From Halanaerobiales bacterium (GTDB lineage Bacteria > Bacillota > Halanaerobiia > Halanaerobiales > M55B127): a stretch of 52,315 nucleotides of DNA. Shown here in pieces: positions 9,033 through 19,471 of this stretch. How positions within the stretch are numbered: the first letter of the stretch is position 1; every line of letters begins with the position of its first letter. Location: positions 1 through 52,315 of the forward strand of contig JAIPEX010000003.1 in the NCBI GenBank assembly GCA_021736945.1, read 5' to 3'. The notes beneath the pieces were generated by a model. That model ran no database searches. It was not told the DNA's origin and saw nothing but the letters and a program-made list of their open reading frames with translations. A program made the translations under genes and the position numbers.

Positions 9033-10598
9033 ATGGATAACTATGGATTAATTTCGCTTCTTCCACCGCTTTTAGCTATAATTTTAGCTTGGTGGAGTAA
9101 AGAAGTAATCATTTCATTATTTTTAGGTGTATTTTCTGGAGCATTAATATTATCGAACTATAATCCTATAGCAGGTTTTGTGAGTACTTTAGATAATTAT
9201 ATGTTAGGTTCTTTGGCTGATTCTTGGAATGCTGGTATTATTATATTCTTGTTATCAATGGGTGGTATGATTGGTATCATAAATAAAGCCGGTGGAGTAG
9301 TTGCAATTGGAGAATATGTAGCTAAAAAAGCTAAAACCATAAAAAACACATTACTTGTTACCTGGTCAATGGGAGTTTTAATTTTCTTCGATGACTATGC
9401 AAACACTTTGATTGTAGGAAATACCATGAGGCCAATTACTGATAAAATGAAGGTATCAAGAGAAAAATTATCATTTGTTGTAGACCTAACCGCAGCAGCG
9501 GTTTCAAGTATAGTACCAATTTCAACTTGGATTGCATTCGAAGTTGGAGTAATAAAAGACGGTTTTCAGAACTTAGGTATAGAACAAAGTGCATATTCAA
9601 CTTTTGTTCAATCCATACCTTATAGATTTTATTCAATTTTAGCACTTATTTTTGCTCTGATTATTATATATACTATGAAGGATTTTGGACCGATGTATAC
9701 AGCTGAACATAGGGCAAGAACTACTGGAGAAACACTGAGACCTGGTTCTACACCAATGGTTTCAAAAGAGTTAGAAGAAGTTGAAAAACCTGAAGGCGCT
9801 TCTTTTAATATATTTGATGCCTTTTTCCCTATTCTTGTTGTAATTGTAGTAACCATATTTGGTTTATGGTACAATGGAGGGGGAGCTGCCTCTGATGTTA
9901 GTATCCAAACAGCTTTTGGTGATGCTGATGCTAGTGTTGTTTTATTATGGGCTTCTTTTGCAGGTGGTTTTACAGCTGGTATATTAGCACTAGTTAAAGG
10001 AATTTTAAATATATCTAAAGTTGTAGAAAGTTGGATAGATGGTGCAAAATCAATGTTTATTGCTACCATGATTCTCATTTTAGCCTGGTCAATTGGGGGA
10101 ATCACTGATGACTTAGGTACTGCCGATTATCTGGTAGGTATCTTAGAAGGTAATTTACCTGGATTTTTAATTCCGGTGTTATTATTTGTAATATCAGCAT
10201 TTATTGCCTTTACAATTGGTAGTTCATGGGGAACAGTTGCAATTGTTATGCCTTTAGCAATTCCTTTGGCATATAATATTGCTTCACCAATGTTACCAGC
10301 GATTGGAGCTGTATTAACAGCTGCTGTAATGGGTGACCACTGTTCACCTATATCAGATACGACTATTATGTCATCCACTGCCTCGGCAGTTGATCATATG
10401 GACCATGTTACTACACAGCTACCTTATGCTTTAACAGTAGGTGCAGTTGCAGCATTATTTGGTTTCTTACCGGCTGGTTTTGGAGTATCTCCGATAATAA
10501 CATTACCGGTGGGGGTAATAGTACTATATTTAATTGTGCAAGTATTTGGTAAAAGTGTAAAAGAAGAGAAACTTGAAGATGTTAGTATGGATCATTAA
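9033..10598 (+). CDS. NhaC-family transporter, probable lysine transporter (LysW-like)
   Basis: FFDDYAN, GSSWGT, GDHCSPISDTT motifs; downstream of the L-box. Confidence 0.88.
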   Translation: MDNYGLISLLPPLLAIILAWWSKEVIISLFLGVFSGALILSNYNPIAGFVSTLDNYMLGSLADSWNAGIIIFLLSMGGMIGIINKAGGVVAIGEYVAKKAKTIKNTLLVTWSMGVLIFFDDYANTLIVGNTMRPITDKMKVSREKLSFVVDLTAAAVSSIVPISTWIAFEVGVIKDGFQNLGIEQSAYSTFVQSIPYRFYSILALIFALIIIYTMKDFGPMYTAEHRARTTGETLRPGSTPMVSKELEEVEKPEGASFNIFDAFFPILVVIVVTIFGLWYNGGGAASDVSIQTAFGDADASVVLLWASFAGGFTAGILALVKGILNISKVVESWIDGAKSMFIATMILILAWSIGGITDDLGTADYLVGILEGNLPGFLIPVLLFVISAFIAFTIGSSWGTVAIVMPLAIPLAYNIASPMLPAIGAVLTAAVMGDHCSPISDTTIMSSTASAVDHMDHVTTQLPYALTVGAVAALFGFLPAGFGVSPIITLPVGVIVLYLIVQVFGKSVKEEKLEDVSMDH

Positions 10599-10624
10599 GA
10601 TCATAATTTCAAATTGAATATTTA

Positions 10625-10660
10625 AGATAAAAGTGCAGTTTAAAAACTGCACTTTTATCT
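10625..10660 (+). terminator. Long perfect inverted repeat, probable terminator
   Basis: AGATAAAAGTGCAGTTT/AAACTGCACTTTTATCT. Confidence 0.65.
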
Positions 10661-10729
10661 ATATATAGCAGGGATAAACTCTTTAATATAGAAATTAATA
10701 GTATAGAAGATAAATAAGGTGGGCAAATA

Positions 10730-12901
10730 ATGAATAAAAAATTTACTGTAATAATTATATTAGTTTTATGTTTCTTTATTGGGTTTTCCATTCCTTATAT
10801 ATATGAAAATTATGGTCCTTTATTAGGAGATTATGTAAATGGGGATGAGTCATCACAGGTCGAGAAGAGTTCTAAAGAAGAAAATAATAATAAAGAAAAA
10901 GTAAATAAGGAAGAAATAGATGTGAAAGTTGATTATAATGCAATTTTAAAAGAAGCTGTTGATAATTTTTATGCAGGAAATTATGAGAAGAGTATGGATA
11001 AGTACATTGAATTATATGAGAAAGGTTATAATAAATTAGAAGTAAGTAAAAATGTGATTGTACTTAGTGATTATTTAGATGCTAATGAAGAAAAAATAAA
11101 GAGTATTTTAAGTAAAACATATAATGAATATCAAAATTCCCCTGAATTTAACTATTATTATGGAAAATATCTGTACGAGAATAATAATAGGCAGAAAGCA
11201 GAAGAAATATTCAATAATCTTTTAACATTAATAAAAGACTCTGAGAAAGGTTTATCTGCAAGAAAGACTGCTTTAGTACATTATTATTTAGGTAATATAT
11301 TATTAGTACAAGAAAACCAAAAATCAGCCTTAAATTACTATAATGAGGGAATAAAATATAATGAACAGATCATTCTTAATTATTTAGGTGCTGCTAAGAT
11401 TTATAGAAATAATAAAGATTATGACAAAGCTATTGAGATGTACAAAAAAGCTCTTAGGCAAGATCATAGTTTAAGTGAATTATATTATGATTTAGCTATC
11501 TTATATGATAAAAATAATGCTCCCTTAAAAGCATATGATTACTGGGAAAGAAGCTTAAATAGTGGTATTAAAGTTGATACTGCAAGAAAACGGATAAAAG
11601 AAATTGAAAATAATTATCCTCAGTACTTTGAAGAAAAACCTGCTACCAAAGAGAAAAAAGAAATAGATTGGTTTAAGATTGTAAAAATTGAACCAAATAA
11701 AAAGTATAATGAAATCAAAATTGGTTTACAGGAAAATTTAAATAGAATTAGGTTTCAATCCAAAAATGATTTTTATATAAAACAAAACAACAAAATTTTG
11801 TTTGAAGGAGAGAAAAATACTCAGTATCAAATTAATTTTAATAATAATACATTTTATGTGCTGAAAAACGGGAAAATATTAGAATATCTATCAACTAATC
11901 AAAAAATAAAAATTACAGAAGAGAATAACAATAACTTGTTTGCAATTTATGATATAAAATATGCCCAAAATTATTTTTGGGGTGGTAAGGAAAATAGACA
12001 ATATCGAGGAGATATATACTTAAATCCTGCTTCTAACAAAAGGTTTAATCTATTAAACTATATAGATCTTACATCATATATGTTATCCGTGGTCCCATCT
12101 GAAATGCCTGCATCATGGCCTTCTGAAGCTTTAAAAGCGCAGAGTGTTGTTGCAAGATCATATATTTTGAATAATCTTAATAGTCATAATGATAAAGAAT
12201 ATGATTTATGTGCAAGTGTCCACTGCATAGTTTATGCAGGTGCAAGCAATGAAAATAAAAACACTACTGAAGCCATTATTGCGACCAAAAATGAAGTTAT
12301 TACATATAAAGACCGTATTATCGATGCTGTATTTAGTAGTAATAGTGGTGGTTATACAGAAGCCAGTGAAAATGTATGGATAAACAGTTTGCCCTATCTA
12401 AAAGCGGTAAATACATCTAAACAAAATAATTATGAGTTTCCACTTGCTCCCTATCAAATAGAAGAATGGTTTATTGAAAAACCTGAGTCCTATTCAAATA
12501 ATAAATATACTACTCAAAGTAGTTACAGGTGGATTAAAAATATTAATCTAGAGAAATTAAAGCAAAGACATAATCTTAAAGGGATAAAAAGAGTTTATGT
12601 AACGGAAAGAACCACGACGGGAACTGTTAGAGAAATTGTAATTGAAGGCTTTAATGAATCCATTACAGTAACGAATTCTTCTATAAGAAGAGCGTTGACT
12701 GGACTTAAAAGCAACAAATTTACACTTAAAAATATTTATAACGAAAAAGGATTAGAAAGTTTAATTATATTTGGAGCTGGATGGGGTCATTCAGTTGGTA
12801 TGGACCAGTCTGCAGCAGCAGGTATGGCAGAGGATGGTAAAGACTATAAGACTATTATAAATCTATTTTATCCTGATACTAAAATCACAAAATTAGAATA
12901 A
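10730..12901 (+). CDS. SpoIID/LytB-domain protein with N-terminal anchor and TPR repeats
   Basis: VVPSEMPASWPSEALKAQSVVARSY and GWGHSVGMDQ SpoIID motifs; TPR-like helices in the N-terminal half. Confidence 0.88.
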   Translation: MNKKFTVIIILVLCFFIGFSIPYIYENYGPLLGDYVNGDESSQVEKSSKEENNNKEKVNKEEIDVKVDYNAILKEAVDNFYAGNYEKSMDKYIELYEKGYNKLEVSKNVIVLSDYLDANEEKIKSILSKTYNEYQNSPEFNYYYGKYLYENNNRQKAEEIFNNLLTLIKDSEKGLSARKTALVHYYLGNILLVQENQKSALNYYNEGIKYNEQIILNYLGAAKIYRNNKDYDKAIEMYKKALRQDHSLSELYYDLAILYDKNNAPLKAYDYWERSLNSGIKVDTARKRIKEIENNYPQYFEEKPATKEKKEIDWFKIVKIEPNKKYNEIKIGLQENLNRIRFQSKNDFYIKQNNKILFEGEKNTQYQINFNNNTFYVLKNGKILEYLSTNQKIKITEENNNNLFAIYDIKYAQNYFWGGKENRQYRGDIYLNPASNKRFNLLNYIDLTSYMLSVVPSEMPASWPSEALKAQSVVARSYILNNLNSHNDKEYDLCASVHCIVYAGASNENKNTTEAIIATKNEVITYKDRIIDAVFSSNSGGYTEASENVWINSLPYLKAVNTSKQNNYEFPLAPYQIEEWFIEKPESYSNNKYTTQSSYRWIKNINLEKLKQRHNLKGIKRVYVTERTTTGTVREIVIEGFNESITVTNSSIRRALTGLKSNKFTLKNIYNEKGLESLIIFGAGWGHSVGMDQSAAAGMAEDGKDYKTIINLFYPDTKITKLE

Positions 12902-12954
12902 TTACTTGAAATAATAAAATAAATTGTATATAATTAACAAAGAATTTAATAAAA

Positions 12955-13064
12955 TGTCTTCAGGGCATGGTGAAATTCCAGACCGGTGGTAAAGTCCACG
13001 AGCGAATGCTGAACTGGTGAAATTCCAGTACCGACGGTATTAATAGTCCGGATGAAAGAAGATA
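12955..13064 (+). promoter_or_regulatory. FMN riboswitch (RFN element)
   Basis: TCTTCAGGGCATGGTGAAATTCC...ACCGGTGGTAAAGTCCACGAG...GGTGAAATTCC...ACCGACGGT...AGTCCGGATGAAAGAAGA. Confidence 0.95.
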
Positions 13065-13081
13065 ATATAGTTAACCATAGC

Positions 13082-13115
13082 AATGCCCTGTTTTTATATT
13101 ACAGGGCATTTCTTA
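13082..13115 (+). terminator. Terminator of the FMN riboswitch
   Basis: AATGCCCTGT/ACAGGGCATT stem; the 5' arm is also complementary to the aptamer CAGGGCAT (antiterminator pairing). Confidence 0.8.
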
Positions 13116-13148
13116 TTGTTCTAATATTTTATAGGAGGAATAATAGAA

Positions 13149-13736
13149 ATGGATATTAAAAAGATCGCAAACATAGGAGTATTAATTGGTTTAGCCCTTA
13201 TATTAATGTTAACTATAAGGTTTCCACTTTTTTTACCATTCTTAATTTATGAACCAGGTGATATTCCAATTTTAATTATTGCTTTTCTTTATGGCCCAAT
13301 GCCTGCTTTAAGTGCTACTTTTATACTATCAATTTTAATGGCGGCTTTAACTGGTTTAGGTGGACCCTTTGGAGCATTTATGCATTTTCTTGCAACAGGA
13401 GTACTAGTAGGACTTGCTGGGTATTTTTATAAAAAATACCATTCTAAAAAAGGAGCTATTATCGGATTAACAATAGGTTCGCTTGCTATGACAGGAGTAA
13501 TGGCGGTAGCAAATATATTATTGAACCCAATTTTTTATGGTATACCATATGAACGAACTATAAATATGTTATTACCAGGTATTATTCCTTTTAACTTAAC
13601 AAAAGCAATCATAAATTCAATTTTAACAGTATTAGTATATAAAAAGATTGCTGAATTTTTAAGAAGGAAAGGCTTATTGACTTCATTAGATAGGAAAGAA
13701 AACAGTGAATATGCATATATAGATGAAAATAACTAA
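13149..13736 (+). CDS. ribU: ECF transporter S component, riboflavin-specific (RibU)
   Basis: FLIYEPGDIP and PFNLTK S-component motifs; downstream of the FMN riboswitch. Confidence 0.85.
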   Translation: MDIKKIANIGVLIGLALILMLTIRFPLFLPFLIYEPGDIPILIIAFLYGPMPALSATFILSILMAALTGLGGPFGAFMHFLATGVLVGLAGYFYKKYHSKKGAIIGLTIGSLAMTGVMAVANILLNPIFYGIPYERTINMLLPGIIPFNLTKAIINSILTVLVYKKIAEFLRRKGLLTSLDRKENSEYAYIDENN

Positions 13737-13755
13737 AAATAGATAGTCTTATTAT

Positions 13756-13791
13756 AATCCTTTATATATTTTTCTATAAAGGATTTTTTTT
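13756..13791 (+). terminator. Rho-independent terminator
   Basis: AATCCTTTATA/TATAAAGGATT followed by a T run. Confidence 0.7.
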
Positions 13792-13921
13792 AATAGTAGT
13801 CATTATAATATATGTAATAAAAGGTAAGGTAGAAAGATTTTAATTTTCTCTCATCCGCTAATATTTGACATTTGTTTGCAACTAATATACAATTTACATA
13901 AGTGTATTGGAGGTAATATAA

Positions 13922-14680
13922 TTGGATGTAACAATACTTGGTTCGGGAACTTCACATGGAGTTCCTATTATTGGTTGTAATTGTGAAACTTGTACTTCAG
14001 ATAATCCTAAAAATAAGAGGTTTAGATCTTCAATATATATAAAAACAAATGTTAAGAATATATTGATTGATACGTCTCCAGATTTAAGATTACAGCTTTT
14101 AAATAATGAAATAACCGATATTGATATTGTGTTATTCACACATCCCCATGCAGATCATATAATGGGGTTTGATGATTTAAGAGCTATAAATAGAATTAAT
14201 AAAAGAGATATACCTTGTTATGGAAATAAATATACGATTGAAGCAATTAAGAAAAAATTTGAATATATATTTAAAGATCGACATTGTAGGTTTTCTGTAC
14301 CAAGTGTGGAATTAAATGAAATCAAAAATGAACTTCAATTTGAAGATTTAAAAGTTACTCCTTTACCTGTAAAACATAACCATGATAATGTATTAGGTTA
14401 CAAAATTGATAATTTTGCTTATATTACTGATTGTAGTGAAATTCCTAAAGAGACAATGAAACTATTAAAAGATGTTGACCTGTTAATTTTAGATGCACTT
14501 CGCTATAAAAGCCATCCGAAGCACTTTAACATCAATGAAGCTGTAGAAGTTATTCAAAACCTGGGTATAAAAAAGGCATATTTAACACATGTTTCTCATG
14601 AAATTGAACATGAGAAAGTAAATGAAGAATTACCTGAAGGAATAGAGTTAGCTTATGATGGATTACAGTTAAAAGTTTAA
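13922..14680 (+). CDS. MBL-fold metallohydrolase, PhnP family
   Basis: LGSGTSHGVP, CNCETC, THPHADH, YITD, LAYDG. Confidence 0.9.
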   Translation: MDVTILGSGTSHGVPIIGCNCETCTSDNPKNKRFRSSIYIKTNVKNILIDTSPDLRLQLLNNEITDIDIVLFTHPHADHIMGFDDLRAINRINKRDIPCYGNKYTIEAIKKKFEYIFKDRHCRFSVPSVELNEIKNELQFEDLKVTPLPVKHNHDNVLGYKIDNFAYITDCSEIPKETMKLLKDVDLLILDALRYKSHPKHFNINEAVEVIQNLGIKKAYLTHVSHEIEHEKVNEELPEGIELAYDGLQLKV

Positions 14681-14695
14681 AGGAATGAGAATTTA

Positions 14696-15181
14696 ATGAA
14701 TATAGTATTAGTAGAACCAGAAATTCCACAAAATACTGGTAATATTGCTCGTACTTGTGCAGCTACAGATAGCAGTTTACATTTGGTACATCCTCTAGGA
14801 TTTTCTACTGAGGATAAATATCTTAAAAGAGCTGGTTTAGATTACTGGCACTTATTAGATATTAATTACTATGATAATTTTGAATCATTTTTAGAAAAGA
14901 AAAAAGACGAGCGTATGTTTTTTGCCTCGACTAAATCTCCTCATCGATATGATCAAGTAGATTATAAAAAGGGAGATTATTTGGTTTTTGGTAAGGAAAC
15001 AGCCGGATTACCTGAAAAATTTCTAAAAGAAAGATTAGATTATACGATTAGGATACCTATGATAGAAGAGGCACGTTCTTTGAATTTAGCAAATTCAGTC
15101 TCTATTGTATTATATGAAGCATATAGACAGTTAGATTTTCCTAATTTTAATCAGGAAGCTAAGTTTAGTAATAGTGTTTAA
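14696..15181 (+). CDS. trmL: tRNA (cytidine/uridine-34-2'-O)-methyltransferase TrmL
   Basis: PEIPQNTGNIAR, RAGLDYW, FGKETAGLP, RSLNLANS. Confidence 0.95.
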   Translation: MNIVLVEPEIPQNTGNIARTCAATDSSLHLVHPLGFSTEDKYLKRAGLDYWHLLDINYYDNFESFLEKKKDERMFFASTKSPHRYDQVDYKKGDYLVFGKETAGLPEKFLKERLDYTIRIPMIEEARSLNLANSVSIVLYEAYRQLDFPNFNQEAKFSNSV

Positions 15182-15265
15182 TTTAAATGAAAGAGCAGGT
15201 ATATTTTAACATACCTAGAAATATATTAATAGTATGAAAGATTCTAAACTAGGAGGATAGAGGAG

Positions 15266-16306
15266 ATGAATTTAAAGGATAGTAATTATTTAAAGTTAAG
15301 TATAACAATATCCACCACAATATTATTATTAATAGTATTTTCAATAAGTACATATGCTATCAGTTTAGAAGTTGAAGATCGTGGTGAAGCAGTAAAAGAA
15401 GTACAATCTTTGTTGAAAAAAGTTGGTTATGACATTAGTACTGATGGTATTTTTGGCTATAGAACTAAAGAAGTAGTCAAAGATTTCCAAGCTAATAATA
15501 ATCTTAAAGTTGATGGAATCGTCGGAGATAATACATACAACAATTTAAAAAAGATGGCAGAAGATATTAAGTATGTAGTAAATAAAGGCGATACACTTTA
15601 TGAAATTGCAAATAAATTTGATACCACTGTTCAGGATATTAAAAAGAGTAATAATATATCAGGAAATATAATCAGACCTGGAGATACGTTATTTATACCG
15701 AACACTGGACGCGGTGGTGGTGATGAAGATAGACTTTCTTCAAATATTATCCATGAAGTTCAACGTGGAGATGCATTATTTTCAATAGCAAAAAAATATG
15801 GTGTTGATGTTCAAACCATAAAAAACGCAAACAATTTAAATTCTAATAAAATTGTTATTGGTCAAAATTTAGTAATACCTTTTCAAGACAGAAACAATAG
15901 TGGTAAATTTTCATTGAGAGAGGGTGTATTTATTTGGCCATTACAAGGGAGTATATCTTCCTATTTTGGCTGGAGATCTGATCCTGTCAATGGAAGAAAT
16001 GATTTTCATCAAGGTTTAGATATTTCAGTACCCTTAGGTACTAAAATAAGAGCTGCTTCCAGTGGAAAAGTTGTTAAAAGTGGCTGGATAAGTGGTTTTG
16101 GGAAAACAATTGTTATTGACCATGGGGAAGGTATTGAAACCCTCTATGCTCATAATTCGGCTTTACTAGTAAATACAGGACAAAAAGTAAGTACTGGTCA
16201 AATTATTGCAAGAGCTGGTAGTACTGGAAAGAGTACAGGTTCTCATTTACATTTTGGAGTTTTAGATAATGACGAGCCGGTTGATCCTATGCAATATTTA
16301 CCATAA
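15266..16306 (+). CDS. Secreted M23 peptidase with PG-binding and two LysM domains
   Basis: Signal peptide; DGIFG/DGIVG PG-binding domain; two GDTL/GDAL LysM repeats; HQGLD, YAH and HLHF M23 motifs. Confidence 0.92.
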   Translation: MNLKDSNYLKLSITISTTILLLIVFSISTYAISLEVEDRGEAVKEVQSLLKKVGYDISTDGIFGYRTKEVVKDFQANNNLKVDGIVGDNTYNNLKKMAEDIKYVVNKGDTLYEIANKFDTTVQDIKKSNNISGNIIRPGDTLFIPNTGRGGGDEDRLSSNIIHEVQRGDALFSIAKKYGVDVQTIKNANNLNSNKIVIGQNLVIPFQDRNNSGKFSLREGVFIWPLQGSISSYFGWRSDPVNGRNDFHQGLDISVPLGTKIRAASSGKVVKSGWISGFGKTIVIDHGEGIETLYAHNSALLVNTGQKVSTGQIIARAGSTGKSTGSHLHFGVLDNDEPVDPMQYLP

Positions 16307-16331
16307 AAGTATAGTATATATCTTGAATATT

Positions 16332-16360
16332 ACCTCATATCTTTTGATATGGGGTTTTTT
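16332..16360 (+). terminator. Rho-independent terminator
   Basis: ACCTCATATC/GATATGGGGT followed by a T run. Confidence 0.8.
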
Positions 16361-16463
16361 ATTGTCTTATTTTAAAAATATTATAATTTTTATTAAATAA
16401 ATTGATAATAAAGATAAAAGATGTTAATATAATTTTAACATCATAAAGACAGGGGGTCATTTA

Positions 16464-17036
16464 ATGAAGAAAATTGATGCGAGAGGGTTGGATTGTCCAA
16501 AACCTGTAATAAAAACGAAAAAAGTGTTAGAAAAACATGGTGAAGCAGAAGTATTAGTAGATAATGAAGTAGCAGCTGAAAATGTAAAAAAATTAGGAAT
16601 TAAAATGGGTGCTAAAGTTACAAAAGTAAAGGAAAATGAAGGTAATTATAAATTAGTAATAGCAGATTTCAAAAAAGCTGAGAAAAAAAGAGATAAAGAA
16701 GGTAAAGAAAAAGTTATTTTTATAAAATCTAATCTTTTAGGTGAGGGAGAAGCAGAATTAGGTGATATTTTAATAAGAGGATTTATTAACACCTTAAAAG
16801 AGATAGAGCCTTTGCCAAATAAGATTATTTTTATGAATTCAGGAGTTAAGCTACCTTGTGAAAACGATGAAGTTATCAATTCTTTAAAAGAATTAGAAAA
16901 TAAAGGTGTGGACGTTTTAACCTGTGGTACTTGTCTTGATTATTATAACTTAGAGGATAAACTAAAGGTGGGTAATATTAGTAATATGTATGAAATAGTA
17001 GATAGTCTAAATCAAGGAGACGTATTAGAAATATAA
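16464..17036 (+). CDS. yedF: Selenium metabolism protein YedF (TusA/SirA + DsrE domains)
   Basis: IDARGLDCPKP TusA motif; CGTCLDY DsrE-like motif; adjacent to selD. Confidence 0.88.
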   Translation: MKKIDARGLDCPKPVIKTKKVLEKHGEAEVLVDNEVAAENVKKLGIKMGAKVTKVKENEGNYKLVIADFKKAEKKRDKEGKEKVIFIKSNLLGEGEAELGDILIRGFINTLKEIEPLPNKIIFMNSGVKLPCENDEVINSLKELENKGVDVLTCGTCLDYYNLEDKLKVGNISNMYEIVDSLNQGDVLEI

Positions 17037-17072
17037 TAATTTTCATGAATTAAGTTAAAGGTGGTGAAATAG

Positions 17073-18113
17073 ATGACTGATGAAATTAGATTAACACAGT
17101 ATAGTAAGACTTCTGGTTGAGCTGCTAAATTGGGCCCCAATGCCCTGGCGCAAGTTTTGCGTCAAGTTAGTTTTGAAAATACAGACCAGAACCTCTTGAT
17201 TGGTATTGAAACCGGTGATGATGCGACAGTGTATAAAATGAATGAGGAAACTGCTTTAATTCAATCAGTAGACTTTTTTACGCCGGTTGTAGATGATCCT
17301 TACATATACGGACAAATTGCAGCTGCTAATGCGCTAAGTGATATATACGCAATGGGTGGTAAACCAATCTTAGCTATGAACATAGTAGGTTTCCCGGAAT
17401 GTTTAAATCAAAGTTTATTAGTTGAAATATTGCAAGGTGGAGCCGATAAAGTTAAAGAAGCAGGTGCTTCATTGGCAGGTGGACATACTGTAAAAGATGA
17501 TGAACCTAAATATGGTTTATCTGTAACTGGATTAGCTCATCCGGATAAACTCTTAACAAATTCAAATGCAAAACCAGGTGATAAATTGATTTTAACTAAA
17601 CCTCTAGGTACAGGAGTAATGATCTCTGCTATTAAAGGGGGACTTGAAAAAGGTGATAAAGCTAACCCAGCGGTTAAATCAATGATAGAATTAAATAATA
17701 AGCCTGTTGATATATTAAAAAAATATAGAATAAATGCTTGTACTGATATCACTGGTTTTGGGTTAATGGGACATTTAACGGAGATGGTAAAAGCAAGTAA
17801 TGTAAATATCAAATTAAATATTAATGATATTCCTATCTTTGATAGTGTAATAGATTATGCTCAAATGGGACTTTTCCCTGAAGGTGGGTATGCTAATAAA
17901 GAAAATTATAAAAATATGGTTTTAGATAAATCAGAGGTCGATGTTGATAGAAAAGATCTTATTTATGATCCTCAGACTTCAGGAGGTTTATTATTTTCGG
18001 TTCCTGGAGAAACTGCAGATAAGATAATTAAGGAACTACATAACCATGGAGTAAATAAAGCGGCAATTATTGGAGAAGTAAAAAAAGGTAAACAAGAAAT
18101 AATATTAAGTTAG
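17073..18113 (+). CDS. selD: Selenide, water dikinase SelD (selenoprotein, Sec16)
   Basis: ATG 17073 after AAGGTGGTGA; MTDEIRLTQYSKTSG-U(TGA 17118-17120)-AAKLGP is in frame with ORF 17130..18113; DFFTP, GGHT and DPQTSGGLL motifs. Confidence 0.95.
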
Positions 18114-18123
18114 GGTGATAAAA

Positions 18124-18384
18124 ATGAAATATTATATACTAACATTTCAATCTACACATCATTATATGAGAGCGGAAAAATTATTTGATGATCTAGATTA
18201 TGAATTTGAACTGGCAAATATTCCACCTGAAATTAGTGCTGATTGTGGTTTGGGATTAAAATTTGATTCTTGTGTAGATGAAGAAAAAGTTTATACAATT
18301 ATCAAAAGAAGTGGAATAGAAATTGACGGTCTATATTATATAGAAAAAAATGAAAATAGTAAGGATTTAGAAAAAATAAAATAA
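18124..18384 (+). CDS. DUF3343 domain protein (putative Se/S carrier)
   Basis: TFQSTH...IPPEISADCG pattern; selenium cluster context. Confidence 0.8.
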   Translation: MKYYILTFQSTHHYMRAEKLFDDLDYEFELANIPPEISADCGLGLKFDSCVDEEKVYTIIKRSGIEIDGLYYIEKNENSKDLEKIK

Positions 18385-18400
18385 ATATTGTCTAACTACA

Positions 18401-18429
18401 TTGACAATTGGAGCACTGTCTTATATAAT
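18401..18429 (+). promoter_or_regulatory. SigA promoter of the glycine reductase operon
   Basis: Consensus TTGACA-17 nt-TATAAT. Confidence 0.85.
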
Positions 18430-18470
18430 ATTAACAGACTTTGTGAAAAAAATATTATATAGATGGTTGA

Positions 18471-18648
18471 AGAAGATGGGAGAGTGCTTAACAGCCGCCG
18501 AAGGGGTAAATTTCCTGATGCCATAGTAGGGAAATGAAACTTTCAGGTAAAAGGACCGTCTTCTGACAGAACTCTGGAAAGTTTATTGTTGAACACCGAA
18601 GGAGCAGTCTACTTCGTGTAGGTAATCTCTCAGGTTTAAAGACAGAGT
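18471..18648 (+). promoter_or_regulatory. Tandem glycine riboswitch (aptamers about 18471-18564 and 18571-18648)
   Basis: Two units with GGAGAG/GGAAAG...CCGAAGG...CT(T/C)TCAGG...GGACCG/GACAGAG. Confidence 0.92.
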
Positions 18649-18683
18649 AGTAATGGTCTATCATTACTATTCTGTCTTTTTTT
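18638..18683 (+). terminator. Terminator overlapping P1 of glycine aptamer 2 (ON switch)
   Basis: AAAGACAGAGTAGTAATGG/TCATTACTATTCTGTCTTT followed by a T run. Confidence 0.85.
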
Positions 18684-18704
18684 AGTTTGAAAAAGGAGAT
18701 AATT

Positions 18705-19091
18705 ATGAAAAAATATATTATGATTACAAATAACCCAAAAGTTATTAAAAAATATAAGGATAAAGAAATTTCCATTTTTTCTTTGAATAAGATAGATAAA
18801 ATTTTTACTACCACACGTGATTTAATTCATAAGGGATATATTTTAGTCACTCATCCTTTAGCAGGTAGTATAAAACCTTACCAGAATCCTTATAGATCTA
18901 TTATATTAAAAGAAGGAGAAGAATTAGATTATAATTCCTTAAAAAATTTTGAAAATTCTTTTAAAAAATATAAACAATTTGAACATAATAAATCTAAAAT
19001 AAATAATTTGTCTCAAAAAATATTAGATGATTATCAAGTTATTGATCTTTCTTTGATTGAGAGTGCATTGCAATCAATTAAGAAGGGTTAA
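18705..19091 (+). CDS. grdX: GrdX protein
   Basis: ITNNP, HPLAGSIKPYQNPYRS, DYQVID motifs; ATG 18705 after AAGGAG. Confidence 0.9.
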   Translation: MKKYIMITNNPKVIKKYKDKEISIFSLNKIDKIFTTTRDLIHKGYILVTHPLAGSIKPYQNPYRSIILKEGEELDYNSLKNFENSFKKYKQFEHNKSKINNLSQKILDDYQVIDLSLIESALQSIKKG

Positions 19092-19129
19092 TTTAATATA
19101 TAATATTAAATGAGGGGGTGATTATACAA

Positions 19130-19456
19130 ATGCTTGAGCTTAATAAAGAAAATTTTGAATCTGAGGTTCTAGAATCAGAAGGAATTGTTGTTGTAGATTA
19201 TTGGAGTGATAATTGTGATCTTTGTTTAGATTTGATGCCTGATATTGAAAAATTAGCAGAAGAATATGGAGATAAGATAAAGTTTGCTAAACTAAATATC
19301 AAAGGTAATCGAAGATTAGCTATTGGACAGAAGGTATTGGGCTTACCCTCGATAGTATTTTATGAAGATGGTGAGAAACAAGAACATCTGAGTGGTGACG
19401 AACTGGAGCCTGAAGATATAGAAGAAGTACTTGATAAATATTATAAACAGGCTTAA
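19130..19456 (+). CDS. trxA: Thioredoxin, glycine-reductase type (copy 1)
   Basis: WSDNCDLC active site; NRRLAI...VLGLP typical of grd-cluster thioredoxins. Confidence 0.9.
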   Translation: MLELNKENFESEVLESEGIVVVDYWSDNCDLCLDLMPDIEKLAEEYGDKIKFAKLNIKGNRRLAIGQKVLGLPSIVFYEDGEKQEHLSGDELEPEDIEEVLDKYYKQA

Positions 19457-19471
19457 GAAAGGAGGGAAGTT

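Noticed and set aside
18488-18814. 108-aa minus-strand ORF
   Set aside because: Antisense to the glycine riboswitch and grdX.
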